A stretch of 64,000 bases of DNA from an uncultured Nitrospiraceae bacterium (lineage in GTDB: Bacteria > Nitrospirota > Nitrospiria > Nitrospirales > Nitrospiraceae), in NCBI GenBank assembly GCA_963706325.1, contig CAVPLT010000006.1, positions 96,001-160,000 on the forward strand, written 5' to 3'. Positions 18,990 to 28,840 of the stretch are shown piece after piece. The notes under the pieces are model-generated. The model made no database searches. It was not told where the DNA came from and saw only the letters and a program-made list of their open reading frames with translations. Position numbers and translations under genes: made by a program. Each line of letters starts with the position of its first letter. Position 1 is the stretch's first letter.

Positions 18990-19013
18990 TTTTCAGGGGT
19001 AATACGTCACCCC

Positions 19014-19988
19014 ATGCGCCTCTCCTTTACCATCCAGCGCTTCAATCCCGAAACGGACCGCCATTCTCACCAGGAAGACTATCGTCTGGACATTGGACGA
19101 GGGACGACCGTTCTGGAAGCGCTGATCCGCATCAAGAACGAACTCGACGGCACCCTCTCCTTGCGCTATTCATGCCGCTCCGCCATTTGCGGGTCCTGCG
19201 CCATGAATATCAATGGCACGGAAAAACTGGCCTGTCGCACGTCGATTCGGAAGGAATTGGATCGTCACGGTAGAATTTCGATCGACCCTCTCCAGAATTT
19301 TCCCGTCATCAAGGATTTAGTCGTAGACATGTCCCCATTCTGGGACAAGATTCGCGCTGTCACGCCCTGGGTGACGCCCGTCACGCACCCCACGAAACGG
19401 TATGGTTCATCCGGGCAACTTCGCTTGCTGCCAGATACGTACCAGTTTCACAATGTCGATGCCTGCATCATGTGCGGGGCTTGCGTCGCCGCCTGCACGT
19501 CGCATGAAGTGTCGCGAGAATTCCTGGGTCCCGCGGCGCTTGCGAAAGCAGAGCGCTTCGTCGCAGATCCCCGGGAACCGGCCGGGGCCAAACAGGCCAG
19601 ACTGACGGCCCTTCAAGAGAGCCATGGCATGTGGGATTGCACACGCTGCAACATGTGCGTCCAAGTGTGCCCCAAAGATGTCCAGCCGATGGAGGCGATC
19701 GTTCGGTTGCGCCGTTCCGCGCTCCAGCATGGCCTGACCGAAACCGAAGGGGCTCGTCACATCACCGGCTTCGTCGATCTCGTCAGACATGAAGGGCGCC
19801 TGAATGAAGCGCTGATGCCGCTCAAAGTTCTTGGCATGGATTTGCGGCGCCTCATAAGTGTACTTCCGTTGGGAATACGTATGTGGCTGAAAGGCAAGGT
19901 CCCATCACCTTTCGGCCAAACTATCCCGGGAATCGAACAGGTTCGCGCCATCTTTGCCGCCGCCCGCCGTAGGACTCGCCGCGCCTGA
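19014..19988 (+). CDS. sdhB: Succinate dehydrogenase/fumarate reductase iron-sulfur subunit
   Basis: SCRSAICGSC..LAC [2Fe-2S], CIMCGACVAAC and CTRCNMCVQVCP clusters. Confidence 0.92.
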   Translation: MRLSFTIQRFNPETDRHSHQEDYRLDIGRGTTVLEALIRIKNELDGTLSLRYSCRSAICGSCAMNINGTEKLACRTSIRKELDRHGRISIDPLQNFPVIKDLVVDMSPFWDKIRAVTPWVTPVTHPTKRYGSSGQLRLLPDTYQFHNVDACIMCGACVAACTSHEVSREFLGPAALAKAERFVADPREPAGAKQARLTALQESHGMWDCTRCNMCVQVCPKDVQPMEAIVRLRRSALQHGLTETEGARHITGFVDLVRHEGRLNEALMPLKVLGMDLRRLISVLPLGIRMWLKGKVPSPFGQTIPGIEQVRAIFAAARRRTRRA

Positions 19989-20447
19989 TAGGGATGTCTG
20001 ATACATTCCGATCCCTGCACGATGTCGCGCCGGCCGACTGGTCTTCGATGCCGAGGGGGAGATTCTCTCTCAAGCCTGTTGGCTGCCGCGACAAGGCGCC
20101 CTTCTCACAAGTCTGGCTGATCCGGCCGGCCTCGCCAAACCTGGCGGCAGGTCATCGATATGAAGGACACACATTCCCCGCTTCTCTTCTAATGGCTCGG
20201 ACGACCGGTGAATCTGACAGATACGTAGGGGCGTGGTTCTCCAGCGCTTCGCTCTGCTTACCCGGCACCACTCCGAGTCGTCCGCGTGACTATCTCAATG
20301 TCCGGCTTGTCCCAAGAATCGGAAAGCACCTAGAAGAACATGCTCGATATGGTCTTGACCGTGGATCGCGCGGGAATCGCAAAAAAGGTGGCGGAACTGA
20401 AATCAATCGGCAATATAAGGGCTGAGACTGGACCGACGCCGCCTACT

Positions 20448-20804
20448 ATGGAACAACGCCAACATCCTCGTTTTCCCGTTCGATTCCACAGTTCATTCAG
20501 CTCCGTCAACCTGGTCTCAGGTGACGGGCTCGTAGTCGATTTATCATTGCAGGGCTGCGGCATCCTCAGTTCTGTCGACGTCCTGCCTGGCACGATGCTT
20601 GAGCTCCGCATGTATCTATCCAGTAATGAGGGGCCGCTCGCAATCGGTGAGGCGGTGGTCCGCTGGTGCCGCGACAGTCGAGTCGGTCTCGAATTTCTTA
20701 CGATGCAACCGGGTGAATGGGCGCGCCTTCAGAACGTCGTGAAGGAGCTCGATTGCCAACCAAGCGAACGAACCGGCGAGGACCGGCAGGGCACCGACAC
20801 CTAA
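20448..20804 (+). CDS. PilZ-domain c-di-GMP-binding protein
   Basis: QRQHPRF (RxxxR) and DLSLQGC (DxSxxG) motifs; VVRW..VGLEF. Confidence 0.88.
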   Translation: MEQRQHPRFPVRFHSSFSSVNLVSGDGLVVDLSLQGCGILSSVDVLPGTMLELRMYLSSNEGPLAIGEAVVRWCRDSRVGLEFLTMQPGEWARLQNVVKELDCQPSERTGEDRQGTDT

Positions 20805-20835
20805 ACAACCCTCTGCGTGGTGGGGAGAATTCAGA

Positions 20836-21558
20836 ATGGCTCAGGCGTCTGTCAACACATCCGGCTTGCCTCACACATGGCTTCCTGCGATGCTGATCAG
20901 TTGTGTCGTGTCATTGCTATGCGCCGGAGCGCTCTATTTCATCTTGGCACAACATGATCGCTCATTGGTTGCTCACCGCAATGCCGCCGCCATTGCCGCT
21001 GTGGACCAAAGCGGGCGGGCCATGGCGCGAACCTTCGCCTGGTTCAGTGAGTCGCTCCTCAATGAACATCTGGGTACCGTCCAGCAGGCCCTAGAAGGGC
21101 AGGCTCCGCCGACCGACATCCTCGATGCCGCCGTGATCACAGAGGAGAATCTCATCGTGGCAGCCCGCAATCCTGCCAGCATTGGTCGACAACTCCAGGA
21201 TCCGGGGTGGCCGGCGGCGCGCAAGAGTCAGACAGGATCCGTGTCTGTCGGCCTCGAGAAGGGACGCCAGGCATTGATCGTCGTCGAACCACTGCGCCAG
21301 CAGGATCGCATCATTGGGTGGATTCGACTCGTCTTCCCCGCGCCGCAAGACCTCGCCGTGAGATCGAATGAAGACTTGGCGCGGGACGTCGCTCTCGCCG
21401 TGGTGCCGCTCTTCATTCTCCTCGCGACGCTGCTGATCTTGACCCTTCGCGGAATTATGAGTCAGGTCCGATCGCTCATCGGAGGCATTCTTCTAGAGGC
21501 AATGGATGAGCGGCACGACCGCATGGCACGGGTCGCGGAGCTGTCAGAAGCCAGTTGA
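20836..21558 (+). CDS. Two-TM membrane protein with a periplasmic Cache/PAS-like domain and no cytoplasmic output domain
   Basis: TM near residues 15-38 and 185-205. AAVITEENLIVAA..IG..VVEPL..IIGWIRL is a Cache-like pattern. GGGGAG RBS. Confidence 0.65.
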   Translation: MAQASVNTSGLPHTWLPAMLISCVVSLLCAGALYFILAQHDRSLVAHRNAAAIAAVDQSGRAMARTFAWFSESLLNEHLGTVQQALEGQAPPTDILDAAVITEENLIVAARNPASIGRQLQDPGWPAARKSQTGSVSVGLEKGRQALIVVEPLRQQDRIIGWIRLVFPAPQDLAVRSNEDLARDVALAVVPLFILLATLLILTLRGIMSQVRSLIGGILLEAMDERHDRMARVAELSEAS

Positions 21559-21808
21559 TTGCTTCGCAGCGCCGGTCCCTATCACGTCCGCCGGTAGGCG
21601 TGTCCCGGCAGGATCCATGGGCGATGGCATGAACCCGTCACTGCCACTCACTAAGTACTATTTATCTAGCGCTTCTCCTGAAGTTTGATACTCTCATACC
21701 AAAGCGTCGCAGGCCCAGGAAGTTGCTTTCGCCTGCATTGTCACTCACTTCAATCAGGCCCCACCCTGCGATGATCATGATCGTTCGCATTCAGCCGACA
21801 ATAACTCT

Positions 21809-23935
21809 ATGAGCCAAGCTCGCCCCGTTATCCTGGTCATCGACGACGACCCTGTGGCGCGGCTGTTTGTCCGCAACGCGTTGGAACCAGCCGGTATGGT
21901 GGTGGAAGAAGCCGCCGGGGGGCGCGAAGCGTTGCCATTATTCGACAGCCTGAGCCCCGATCTTCTCGTGCTGGACCTCCTGATGCCCGACATGGATGGA
22001 TATCTGACCTGCTCCCGAATCCGCTCGCTGCCTGGCGGAAAGCGGGTCCCTATTTTAATTCTTACGGGATCGGCTGACGCGAACTCCATCACTCAAGCCT
22101 GTGAACACGGCGCCACAAACTTCATCCAGAAACCGGTCAACGCCACGATTCTCTGCCACCATATCCGATACATGCTCAGGACCAGCAACGTCTTGCAGGC
22201 ACTGCTCCGAAGCGAATCCCGCCTGGAATTAGCCCAACGCATCGCGCGTATCGGCAATTGGGACTGGAACCCCAGAACGAATCGGTTCGCCATGTCGAAT
22301 GAGCTTTGTCGCCTGGTCGGCATCCGTCCGTCTGCGTTTTCCGGGACCTTCGAGGCGTTTCTGCATTTCGTCCATCCCGACGACCGCGTGAAGGTGAACG
22401 AGGCGCTCCAAAAACTGATCAGCCACCGAACCCCCTGCGATATCGACCATCGGATCGTGTTGCCCAACGGAACGGACTTCACCGTTCATCTGCAGGCTGA
22501 GGGAGTGCGCGAAGAGGAAAGCGAGGAGTTGACGATCATCGGCACGACGCAAGATATTACGGAACGGAAACAGGCGGAAAACGCGATCCACCGCCTGGCC
22601 TATTATGACAGTCTGACCGGTCTCGCCAATCGTGTGTTGTTCAAAGATCGATTATCCAATGCGCTCGCCTATGCCGAACGCCATTACCTGCACCTTGCGA
22701 CGCTATTTATCGACCTGGATCGGTTCAAAGTCATCAATGACACGCTGGGACACACCGTGGGAGATCTTTTGCTCACCCATGTTGCGGAACGGCTTAGCGA
22801 ATCTGTTCGCCAGAGCGACTCAGTCAGCCGGCACGGCGACCACGAGCCGTCCCATGCGCTTGCCCGCCTTGGAGGAGATGAATTCACCATTCTTCTGACC
22901 ACGCTCCCTCAGCCGGAGGACGCCGGCCGGGTGGCGCGTCGAATTTTCGATTCCCTGGCCCATCCGTTCATCATCGATGGTCACGAAATTTTTGTCTCGG
23001 CCAGCATTGGCATTTCTATTTATCCATCGGACGGCACGACCGTCGAGGCCCTGCTGAAAAATGCCGACTCGGCGATGTACCACGCGAAGGAGCAGGGCCG
23101 GAATAACTGTCAATTTTATTCCTCGGGCTTGAATGCCGCAGCAGCTACAAGGCTGGACCTCGAAAGTGACCTCCGGCGCGCTCTGGAACGAGAGGAATTC
23201 GTCGTCTATTACCAGCCCAAACTGAACATTCATTCCCGACACATACTGGGCGCGGAAGCCTTGGTGCGATGGAAACATCCGAAACGCGGGCTCGTGCCAC
23301 CCGGGGTCTTCTTGAATGCGGCGATTGATACGGGACTCATCCGCCCAATGGATGAGTGGGTGCTTCGCGAGGCCTGCCGGCAAGTGAAGGCGTGGGAACA
23401 GGCCGGCCTTCCGGCTATAACGGTATCCGCCAATGTCTCCAACTCCTTATTCCACGGACGTACGTTACCGGGAACTGTGGCCGACGCTCTCCGCGACTCC
23501 GGCCTCCATCCCTCGCAGCTCGAGTTGGAATTGACTGAATCCATCGCCATGCGAGACGTCGAGGCCTCCGTGACGATGCTTGAAGGTCTCCGCACGATGG
23601 GCGTGCGCCTCTCCATCGACGACTTCGGGACCGGTTATTCCTCTCTTAGTTACTTGCAGCGATTTCCGCTCAGTCGGCTGAAAATCGATCAGTCGTTCGT
23701 CCGTGATCTGCTCACGAACGAGAACAATGCCAAGATCACCAGAGCCATCATCGCCATGGCGCACAGCCTGAATCTCTCGGTGTTGGCCGAAGGTGTGGAG
23801 ACGGATGCGCAGCTGGCTCGCTTGCGGGAAGAAGGATGTGATGAGGTTCAGGGATATCTGTTCAGCCGCCCTGTATGCGCCTCAGACTTTGAAGCCTTGC
23901 TCAGGATCGATGCCGATGCCCGTAAAGCAGCGTGA
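21809..23935 (+). CDS. Response regulator diguanylate cyclase/phosphodiesterase (REC-PAS-GGDEF-EAL)
   Basis: ILVIDDD..DLLMPDMDG REC; VHPDD PAS; intact RLGGDEF; intact EALVRW and DDFGTGYSS. Confidence 0.95.
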   Translation: MSQARPVILVIDDDPVARLFVRNALEPAGMVVEEAAGGREALPLFDSLSPDLLVLDLLMPDMDGYLTCSRIRSLPGGKRVPILILTGSADANSITQACEHGATNFIQKPVNATILCHHIRYMLRTSNVLQALLRSESRLELAQRIARIGNWDWNPRTNRFAMSNELCRLVGIRPSAFSGTFEAFLHFVHPDDRVKVNEALQKLISHRTPCDIDHRIVLPNGTDFTVHLQAEGVREEESEELTIIGTTQDITERKQAENAIHRLAYYDSLTGLANRVLFKDRLSNALAYAERHYLHLATLFIDLDRFKVINDTLGHTVGDLLLTHVAERLSESVRQSDSVSRHGDHEPSHALARLGGDEFTILLTTLPQPEDAGRVARRIFDSLAHPFIIDGHEIFVSASIGISIYPSDGTTVEALLKNADSAMYHAKEQGRNNCQFYSSGLNAAAATRLDLESDLRRALEREEFVVYYQPKLNIHSRHILGAEALVRWKHPKRGLVPPGVFLNAAIDTGLIRPMDEWVLREACRQVKAWEQAGLPAITVSANVSNSLFHGRTLPGTVADALRDSGLHPSQLELELTESIAMRDVEASVTMLEGLRTMGVRLSIDDFGTGYSSLSYLQRFPLSRLKIDQSFVRDLLTNENNAKITRAIIAMAHSLNLSVLAEGVETDAQLARLREEGCDEVQGYLFSRPVCASDFEALLRIDADARKAA

Positions 23936-25613
23936 TATTGATACGCCGGTTGGGCAACCCCTCCTTGAATGCGATGTCATCGGTTTCGTGAAACAAATCT
24001 GAGTTGAACAACACCGCCCGGTTGGCGCGATATGGAATCTTGATTTCCTGCGCCCTCTGTTCCTTCAACCATTCGTAAATCTTGCCGCGGTTCTTGTCGC
24101 TGTTGTACGTTTTGAAATCCCACTCTCTTGGCGCTTCCTTATCCCAGACTACCAGACCGCCGCCGTCAGGATTCAGATTCGCGTCGTCCGAGGTGATCCA
24201 GAAGTTCACATTGACCGCGGCGGCATCGGCGTGGATATTCAATCCGCGCCTGGCGCTATCGTGCTTGAACGCCCAGGCCTGCGTCAGGCGATGGTCGCCG
24301 AAGATACGCGGCAACCGAGTCCTCAGCTCCTCCGCGATTTGCAGCAGCAGGGGAGAGGCGAACCCATCGCCGAGGAAAGCGCCGATATACCCATTCTCAT
24401 AGTCCTTCTTCCAAATCGTCGAGGTCCAGCAGAAGTGCCGCAACCGCCGTAAGGCCTCATCTGTCAACAGTCCATCAATGTAGGTGACTTCGGGCTGTTT
24501 CGCATAATATCGAGATTCGATCTCCGCGACATCCAGGCCGGGGCTCAAGGCGCCTTCTGCAATGGCCTCGCAGGGCGCGACATACAGCAATCGGTTGAAG
24601 GACGTGGCGATGGGTTGAAGATCGGCAGGCGGCAACGTCATACGATTTGCGGGCGCCGTGATACCTGCGGGCGACGACTCCATGTTCGTCTGCGCGTGAC
24701 GTAATGCCTCATAGTAGGGGCGGCATTCCTGGCCGACCAGACGGGACTCAATCAGGTACTGGACCTGCTCGGCATCATGCTTGAGCCGGGAGCGAAAGAC
24801 TGTGCTGTCCATGACCGGACGCCCATGATCATGTTTGATCCGAGCGGTGTCGGCAAAACAACGCAGGGCACGAGGCATATCCCCATGCCAGATCGCGGCG
24901 ATCCCGAGATTGTAGAGTGCCGTGCCGTAACCGGGGAGTAGCTGAAGCGCCCGCCCGAAGCAACTGATAGCTTCGTCCAGCTTACCTTGATCCATCAAAA
25001 CCAGCCCTAAATTATTCTGGGCCTCGGCATGCGTCGGCTTCAGGACGATGGCCCGCCGGTACGCCTCTGCAGCGGCCTCCAGCCGGCCCTGCGCCTTGAG
25101 GACGACGCCGAGATTGTTGTGCGCTTCCGCATGATTCGGGTTGATCGCGAGCGCCTGCTCATAGGCTGCCTGCGCCTCCGCCGGTCGTCCCATGTCTTGG
25201 TAGGCATTCCCGAGATTGGTGCGGGGTTCGAGGTAGCGTGGATTGATCCGGATGGCCTCGCTGTAAGCTTGGACCGCCTCGGCAGGCAGGCCGGCGCGTT
25301 GCAGCACGACACCGTGGTTGAACTGATAGACCGGATTACGTGGGTCGGCGGCACAGGCCTGAGCCAGCCACCCGATGGCTTCTTTCGCGTTGCCTCGCCG
25401 ATAGATCAAGAGACCCAGACCATGCAGGGCATCCGGTTGCGCCGGTGCGCGATCCAGCATCAGACGATACGCTCGTTCGGCCTCATCGAGCCGACCGGAC
25501 TGATGATGAATCTGCGCCTCGCGCAGGAGCGCCGATGAGGCGGCCGAGCTATCCATGCTCCCGGTTGTGCGAGAATGGATTTTTTCCTCGCGCCGGCGCT
25601 CTTCACGATTCAC
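23901..25613 (-). CDS. TPR-repeat protein with a C-terminal 2OG-Fe(II) oxygenase-like domain
   Basis: Multiple AEAHNNLG-type TPRs. C-terminal IHADAAAVNVNFW..NRAVLFNSDLFHET..RINITLL (HxD...H). GGAGGAG RBS before GTG 25613. Confidence 0.8.
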   Translation of the reverse strand: MNREERRREEKIHSRTTGSMDSSAASSALLREAQIHHQSGRLDEAERAYRLMLDRAPAQPDALHGLGLLIYRRGNAKEAIGWLAQACAADPRNPVYQFNHGVVLQRAGLPAEAVQAYSEAIRINPRYLEPRTNLGNAYQDMGRPAEAQAAYEQALAINPNHAEAHNNLGVVLKAQGRLEAAAEAYRRAIVLKPTHAEAQNNLGLVLMDQGKLDEAISCFGRALQLLPGYGTALYNLGIAAIWHGDMPRALRCFADTARIKHDHGRPVMDSTVFRSRLKHDAEQVQYLIESRLVGQECRPYYEALRHAQTNMESSPAGITAPANRMTLPPADLQPIATSFNRLLYVAPCEAIAEGALSPGLDVAEIESRYYAKQPEVTYIDGLLTDEALRRLRHFCWTSTIWKKDYENGYIGAFLGDGFASPLLLQIAEELRTRLPRIFGDHRLTQAWAFKHDSARRGLNIHADAAAVNVNFWITSDDANLNPDGGGLVVWDKEAPREWDFKTYNSDKNRGKIYEWLKEQRAQEIKIPYRANRAVLFNSDLFHETDDIAFKEGLPNRRINITLLYGHRHRS

Positions 25614-25706
25614 AACAGCTCCTCCAGCCACGGCGTAACCAGCCGGCTGAGAGAGTAGCGTACATGCGGGGCCGGGGTCAAAGATGGGGACAGAGAGGCG
25701 ACAAGC

Positions 25707-27128
25707 CTATGCAGCCTGCGTCGTATTATTCAGATTACGGCGTTGCCCAAGAATATCGAGGGCGGCCACGCGGTAGGCTTCGGCAAAGGTAGGAAAGCTG
25801 AAAATGGTATCGATAAACCGATCGATGGTCGCGCCATCTTGCAACGCCATCTGCCCGAGATGAATCAACTCGGTCGCATCCTCGCCGACAATCTGCACCC
25901 CCAGTAAACGCTCTCCCGAAGGGTCGGCGACGAGCTTGAGGAGTCCGTCGCAGGCGCCTGTGATCTGCCCTTTGGCAATTTCCATAAAACGCGCGCGGCC
26001 TACCAGCGGATTATGATAACGGGCGCCGGCCTGCTCCTCATCGAGCCCGATAGACGCGAGCTCAGGAATGGTATAGATCCCGATCGGTACCTGGTGGCTG
26101 GAATCTCCAACCGGCAGACCAAGCGCGAAACTCACGGCGCGACGACCTTCCTCCATCGCCTGAGACGCCAGGGCCGGAGGCCGGCCCAACATGTCGCCGG
26201 CCGCATAAATGTGCGATACCAGGGTTTGCCCGTATTCGTTGACGGGAAGGTAGCCCTTGGAATCCAAAGACAATCCTGCCGCCTCAAGATTCAAGTCTTC
26301 CACGTTCGGCTGCCGGCCCAAAGCCACTAGCATTTTTTCACTCTTGACCGCCATTCCGTTGTCGAGTCTTGCGACGACGGAGGACACGCCGTCCCACGCC
26401 ACCTCTTTGACGGTGTGCCCGGCATAAAACCGTCCGCCTTGGCGTTCGAGGCTACGCTGAAACACGTCCACAACGTCTTTGTCCAAGAAGGCGAGTGGCC
26501 GTTTGGCCCGGTCGATAACCGTGACTTCAACCCCCAACAAGGCGAACGTCGCGGCGTATTCACAGGCGATGACACCGCCACCTAAGACCGTCAATGACTG
26601 CGGGAGATAAATCATCGAGAGGATCGAATCACTATCGAGCACATGCTCATGATCGATGGGAATCTCAGGAATCGAACGGGGGCGTGAACCTGTCGCCAGC
26701 ACAATGGTATCGGCCAACAGCGTCTGACAGGCGCCGTCCACCGCTTCCAATTGCACCTCATGCGGCGAAAGCAGGCGGGCGCGGCCGTGCCGATAGGTCA
26801 CGCCGTTACGCGCCAGTTGATTGGTCATGTAACACTCGTGCGCCTTCACCACCTCGTCCAGTCGATGCAGCAATACGGACATGGGCAAATCCATGCGCAA
26901 GCGCCCCTCGAACACCTCAGTCGATCGCTTGAGACGTTCGAACTGCACGGCCGTCTCACGGAGCGTCTTGCTAGGTATCGTGCCGCGATACACGCAGTTG
27001 CCGCCGACGCCCTGTTCCTGCTCGATCAAGACCACGCGCTGGCCGGCCTTCGCGCCTTGAATCGCCGCCTTCTGTCCTGCCGGACCGCTGCCTACTACGA
27101 CAATGTCATAGGCGTGGGCGGACTTCAT
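25707..27128 (-). CDS. sthA: Soluble pyridine nucleotide transhydrogenase
   Basis: GSGPAGQKAA FAD site; GGNCVYRGTIPSK (CxxxxT, typical of STH); FSFPTFAEAYRVAA C-terminus. Confidence 0.9.
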   Translation of the reverse strand: MKSAHAYDIVVVGSGPAGQKAAIQGAKAGQRVVLIEQEQGVGGNCVYRGTIPSKTLRETAVQFERLKRSTEVFEGRLRMDLPMSVLLHRLDEVVKAHECYMTNQLARNGVTYRHGRARLLSPHEVQLEAVDGACQTLLADTIVLATGSRPRSIPEIPIDHEHVLDSDSILSMIYLPQSLTVLGGGVIACEYAATFALLGVEVTVIDRAKRPLAFLDKDVVDVFQRSLERQGGRFYAGHTVKEVAWDGVSSVVARLDNGMAVKSEKMLVALGRQPNVEDLNLEAAGLSLDSKGYLPVNEYGQTLVSHIYAAGDMLGRPPALASQAMEEGRRAVSFALGLPVGDSSHQVPIGIYTIPELASIGLDEEQAGARYHNPLVGRARFMEIAKGQITGACDGLLKLVADPSGERLLGVQIVGEDATELIHLGQMALQDGATIDRFIDTIFSFPTFAEAYRVAALDILGQRRNLNNTTQAA

Positions 27129-27994
27129 AACGGCATTGCCTCCACAACTTTTTGAACCTGGTCCTTGAGCGCCAACAACGCCTCAATATCTTTCGGGTAC
27201 AGGTTCAGGTCGGCGAAGACCCCATGATCGCGCACCGCTTCCTCCGTGAAGCCCTCAGGATCGAGAAAATGCCGTGCCAACCGATCGGCCAGACAGGTCG
27301 TCATACATTCTTGTTTCGCCGTTTGGGCATGTTGATAGTCGGCATGAAAACCAATCGATTCCACCACCGGAGGCGGAAGTCCCCAATCTTCAGCCACGAG
27401 GAGGCCCACTTGAGTGTAATAGCCCTCCAACAATTGACGCAGCAGCTCTTGTGACATGGGAATGCCTTTTTCTTTCGCCAGCACGACCAAGGTCTGCAAC
27501 ACGACAGGCTTCCCGATCCCGTGCAGCAGTCCGCAGAGGTAGGCGCTTTCGACGTTGAATCGGCGCATGCGCGCAATTTCTTTTGCATAGGCCCCGCTGG
27601 CGAGCGAATGCTGCCAGAGGCGCTTCACGTCAGCATCCCATCCCGGCACCTTGAATGCGCTCCCTTTGATCGAAGCGGAAAACGCCAATTCTGACATCAA
27701 ATTCATACCCAGCATCGATACGGCATGTTGGAGCGAAACCACCGGATTGCGGGTCATATAAGCCGGGGAGTTTGCGATTCGAATGACATGCGCGGCCAAG
27801 GCTTGATCCTGGTGGATGAGGGCGGCAAGTTTGGCCGCCTCAGCGTTCGGATCGTAGACCATGCCCAAAATCCTGCTGGCCACCTGGGGGAGGAGCGGCA
27901 GCTCAATCGCTCCCTTTTGAATGCGTTCGATCAGTAGCTGCTCCAATGGCCCGGTCGATGTCGCGTCTGTCGCCTGGGAAAGTTCAGCGCTCAT
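27125..27994 (-). CDS. HDOD-domain protein
   Basis: LPLLPQVA, DQALAAHVIRIANS, LWQHS, GLLHGIG and WGLP motifs. Stop overlaps the sthA ATG. Confidence 0.9.
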   Translation of the reverse strand: MSAELSQATDATSTGPLEQLLIERIQKGAIELPLLPQVASRILGMVYDPNAEAAKLAALIHQDQALAAHVIRIANSPAYMTRNPVVSLQHAVSMLGMNLMSELAFSASIKGSAFKVPGWDADVKRLWQHSLASGAYAKEIARMRRFNVESAYLCGLLHGIGKPVVLQTLVVLAKEKGIPMSQELLRQLLEGYYTQVGLLVAEDWGLPPPVVESIGFHADYQHAQTAKQECMTTCLADRLARHFLDPEGFTEEAVRDHGVFADLNLYPKDIEALLALKDQVQKVVEAMPL

Positions 27995-28145
27995 AGGCTC
28001 ACACACATAGAAGGGTGGTTGGATGTCTGCGTTGTAAATCCTTCTCGGCTCATTCGATAGAAAACCTTAACCACCGGTTCGACTGATGAGGCAAAGGACA
28101 ACCACATGGCGATGAAGGTATACTGCCGACTGCGGCAGGGAGAGC

Positions 28146-28625
28146 ATGTCGCGCCCAGGGAAGGGGAGGAAGAGACAGACGCTGACAGTAGTGAGAACCA
28201 TACTTGTACTTTGTGCCATGAACATCCTGCTGACGATGACCGACAGTCCAGTAGTCGCCGGCGACCAGCAGTCCTCGACGACCGACAAGGTTCTGCGGGA
28301 TGCCAAAGAAGCCCTTGAGGCCACCAAACAATACAGGCTCCAGCAGAAAGAGGCCTTCGAGAGGACGGTCCAGATCGAATTGAATGAGTTGCAGCCCAAG
28401 ATCGCGGAGCTCCAAAAGAAGACAAGCGCCGCCTCCGCGGAAGCCCGAAAGGACTTGCAGAAGGCCATTCAGGATCTTGAAAAAAAGAAGGAGGAGGCCC
28501 GGAGAAAGCTCGAAGAAGTCAACGAATCAACCAGCTCGGCTTGGAGCTCGTTGAAAGACGGTATGACCGCCGCGGTGGAAGATCTGAAGAAGCGTTACAA
28601 AGAAGCGGTGTCAAGACTTCCTTAG
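28146..28625 (+). CDS. Hypothetical exported coiled-coil protein
   Basis: Hydrophobic N-terminal stretch followed by a highly charged helical sequence ending AWSSLKDGM..A..DL. Start is uncertain. Confidence 0.7.
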   Translation: MSRPGKGRKRQTLTVVRTILVLCAMNILLTMTDSPVVAGDQQSSTTDKVLRDAKEALEATKQYRLQQKEAFERTVQIELNELQPKIAELQKKTSAASAEARKDLQKAIQDLEKKKEEARRKLEEVNESTSSAWSSLKDGMTAAVEDLKKRYKEAVSRLP

Positions 28626-28840
28626 GCAAGCCGGCTCGCTTCCCATTTTTCTCGATGAACCCATGGAAAATTGTCGAGAGGCTCCATCCGTCCTGAGCAC
28701 ACATCAAGCTACTCCTCAGATGACTGCGTCTCCACTACATAGATTGCCGTCCATCCCGTTCACTCTGCTCAGACTGTTTCATCGAGAGGCAAAATGCGCT
28801 ATGGTGATAGACAGAGGCTGAGTGTGAGGCGACTGAATCG

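Noticed and set aside
19994..20425. 143 aa ORF or c-di-GMP riboswitch upstream of the PilZ gene
   Set aside because: No recognisable protein motif or RBS, and I could not find the GEMM riboswitch consensus.
21711..21727. sigma54 promoter (GG..TTGC) upstream of the GGDEF-EAL gene
   Set aside because: The GG-to-GC spacing is one base too long for the strict -24/-12 geometry.
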